Positions 61,313 to 64,000 of a stretch of DNA of 64,000 bases are shown one piece after another; position 1 is the first letter of the stretch, and the number at the start of each line of letters is the position of its first letter. The stretch is taken from the NCBI GenBank assembly GCA_002633005.1, contig NMRA01000414.1, forward strand, positions 186,001 through 250,000, given 5' to 3'. A program made the translations under genes and the position numbers. The notes under the pieces were generated by a model. That model made no database searches, was not told the DNA's origin, and was given only the letters and a program-made list of their open reading frames with translations. Source of the stretch: Phoronis australis (lineage: Eukaryota; Animalia; Phoronida).

Positions 61313-62098
61313 NNNNNNNNNNNNNNNNNNNNNNNNNNNNNNNNNNNNNNNNNNNNNNNNNNNNNNNNNNNNNNNNNNNNNNNNNNNNNNNNNNNNNNNN
61401 NNNNNNNNNNNNNNNNNNNNNNNNNNNNNNNNNNNNNNNNNNNNNNNNNNNNNNNNNNNNNNNNNNNNNNNNNNNNNNNNNNNNNNNNNNNNNNNNNNNN
61501 NNNNNNNNNNNNNNNNNNNNNNNNNNNNNNNNNNNNNNNNNNNNNNNNNNNNNNNNNNNNNNNNNNNNNNNNNNNNNNNNNNNNNNNNNNNNNNNNNNNN
61601 NNNNNNNNNNNNNNNNNNNNNNNNNNNNNNNNNNNNNNNNNNNNNNNNNNNNNNNNNNNNNNNNNNNNNNNNNNNNNNNNNNNNNNNNNNNNNNNNNNNN
61701 NNNNNNNNNNNNNNNNNNNNNNNNNNNNNNNNNNNNNNNNNNNNNNNNNNNNNNNNNNNNNNNNNNNNNNNNNNNNNNNNNNNNNNNNNNNNNNNNNNNN
61801 NNNNNNNNNNNNNNNNNNNNNNNNNNNNNNNNNNNNNNNNNNNNNNNNNNNNNNNNNNNNNNNNNNNNNNNNNNNNNNNNNNNNNNNNNNNNNNNNNNNN
61901 NNNNNNNNNNNNNNNNNNNNNNNNNNNNNNNNNNNNNNNNNNNNNNNNNNNNNNNNNNNNNNNNNNNNNNNNNNNNNNNNNNNNNNNNNNNNNNNNNNNN
62001 NNNNNNNNNNNNNNNNNNNNNNNNNNNNNNNNNNNNNNNNNNNNNNNNNNNNNNNNNNNNNNNNNNNNNNNNNNNNNNNNNNNNNNNNNNNNNNNNNN
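61313..62098. other. Assembly gap (N run)
   Basis: Continuous Ns. Confidence 1.
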
Positions 62099-64000
62099 TG
62101 ACCAGATGAGAAGTGATTTCTGGTCTTGCAAAGAGCTTGCAGTTCCTTATTACTCGAGACGATGATCAACGACTAAAACAACACGCCGTGAGAAGCCAAC
62201 TCGTAGAACCCGGTCTCAATGACCTTCAACCCCTGGGGACAGTTCATGAAAAGTGACTCAAGACAGAAATTTGGTCCTTTATAAATTACCTTAACTAGCA
62301 GTTATGTGTATATTCTCAGAGATTGTGCACTTTTACTCAAATGAGATTTAATTATTTTCCACAAGTAGTTGTGTGGAGTGCAAGACCAAATTTTTTATTT
62401 CAGTCTTCAGTCCCTCTTTAAGAAACAGGCCCCTCAATCCACGTCCAATTTACATATGGAACATTAACATCAGTGGTCTAAATCAAAAGTTGTTTTTGAG
62501 ATGGAACGCAGGTTTATCTCCCCTTACGACTAAGTCCCTTGGTGATTAGTCACACGGCATATGACGGCTCATAGTAAATATGTGTTATGATTGTTGGTCT
62601 TGGACATGAAACTATCATTTATTGATCTAACATGAGTGCTCGTTTCGGTTGAGCTCATTTTAAAGAACTCATTTAGAGAGCTCAAAACTATCAAATAATG
62701 CAATTTACACGATTTAAGTGAGGAGGTAATGGAATACAATCTGATGGAATTGCACTATTGCGACTGACACAATTTAATAACTAGAGATATTAGCTACATT
62801 TTAAATTGAATTGCTTCACTTCCTAGCACCAAGACAATTATAAGACTTCTAATTCTGCACAGGTATCACAGAAGTTTGTCATCTGAATTGGTCAAGAGTT
62901 TGAGCACGTAAGACAAGCAGAGTCTGTTTAATTATAATGTTACATTGTTTATAGAGTCAAATTCGCATGGTTTAAATACCTAGTTTATGCCAATAGAGTC
63001 CTCTGAAAGCTAGCTGCCTCTTAAAAAATTTCCAATGCTTGGACAAGCACTCAAGGATATTACAGATCACGAATTTGTAAAACAGGCTCTTCAAAATGAA
63101 GCTGATTTGTCAATTGCAATGCAATCAGGCAATTAGATGTACAGTTGTACTGGGATGGATACGAAAAGCTTATTTGTTGGCTTTACTTCCACACTCTGGA
63201 CTGATTTAGACAGAAAAATGAAAGTTTATAGCACTGTTAATATCGCGCCATTCTCTGATTGCTCCTGAAGATTATTTCAATGCTTTGAAGCTGACAGAGT
63301 CTGTACAAATGTTTACTAGAACTCCCTGCAACACAAAATGCAAGAAACAGGCACATGGCAACAGACAGCAAGGCCAAAGAAAATAGCATAATTAGTTCTG
63401 GGCTGCAAACTTTTTGAAAGCCGATGCAGTGACGTGGTAAATTATTCAGTTTGCATAATTTTCAAGAGAAACTTGTTTGAAAAGTGACTGCCACTGCTCA
63501 AAAACTGAGTCAAAATGAGGTCATGAAAGAGGCGGCTGTCGCTGAGTTGCCAAGGTAACTTTTTCAACAAAAATATTGCTTTCATTACATTCATGTAGCT
63601 TTTGCAATAACTTCGACTGAAGACAGAGGGCGTTTATTATTAAATTAAACTGTGAGGTGCAGGTTTCAAAATGAACTGGGTGAAGACCAGGCCCAATTAT
63701 GCCATTTTCTTTTGGCCAATTAATTCATACCAGTTACTACACTATTACCTATAACATTATTTTCTACCGAACAGGATCCAAAAAAAAACAAAACATCATC
63801 GTTTCCCTCATATTGTTTGTACAATAAAATCTCACCAATTTAGCACACAATACTGCATTAAGATGTCATTCTATTGTTTGCATAAATGATGGATGTGCCA
63901 AAATGATGCATAGAGCCAATGTGCGCTGTCATATTCAAATAGCTACCAAAAGACAATACTGTAAAAATGTGAACATTCGAACCGATAGTAAGAAACCTTG

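Noticed and set aside
61087-62169. Long ORFs in the ORF track
   Set aside because: Artefacts of translating the N gap.
1-64000. Hammerhead ribozymes, C/D snoRNAs, known miRNAs
   Set aside because: The CTGATGA/TGATGA cores I inspected by eye lacked the required stems and partner boxes. An Infernal/Rfam scan would be needed to exclude them properly.

Overview
AT-rich, intron-containing eukaryotic DNA from a bilaterian invertebrate, probably a lophotrochozoan (taxon inferred from gene content and repeat style). Four protein-coding genes are supported. (1) An intronless Frizzled-4-type Wnt receptor (- strand, 4177-5940). (2) A DHX36/RHAU G-quadruplex helicase with 21 mapped coding exons (+, about 12261-29873; start-codon exon unresolved). 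(3) An LRR-Ig type I membrane protein with an intronless CDS and an unusual 11-residue-repeat cytoplasmic tail (-, 34152-36020). (4) The 5' part of a calsyntenin gene (+, 41576 to >60526), which runs into an N gap. The LRR-Ig gene appears to share a head-to-head promoter with calsyntenin and ends tail-to-tail with DHX36. Non-coding DNA holds several MITE families with identifiable TIRs/TSDs, tRNA-derived SINEs, decayed LINE fragments, minisatellites and two probable assembly duplications. No prokaryote-type system (CRISPR etc.) is present. The best leads are the LRR-Ig tail, the bidirectional promoter, a candidate spliced non-coding transcript between Frizzled and DHX36, and a palindromic TCF-site pair. 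All exon boundaries were read by eye and need transcript confirmation.
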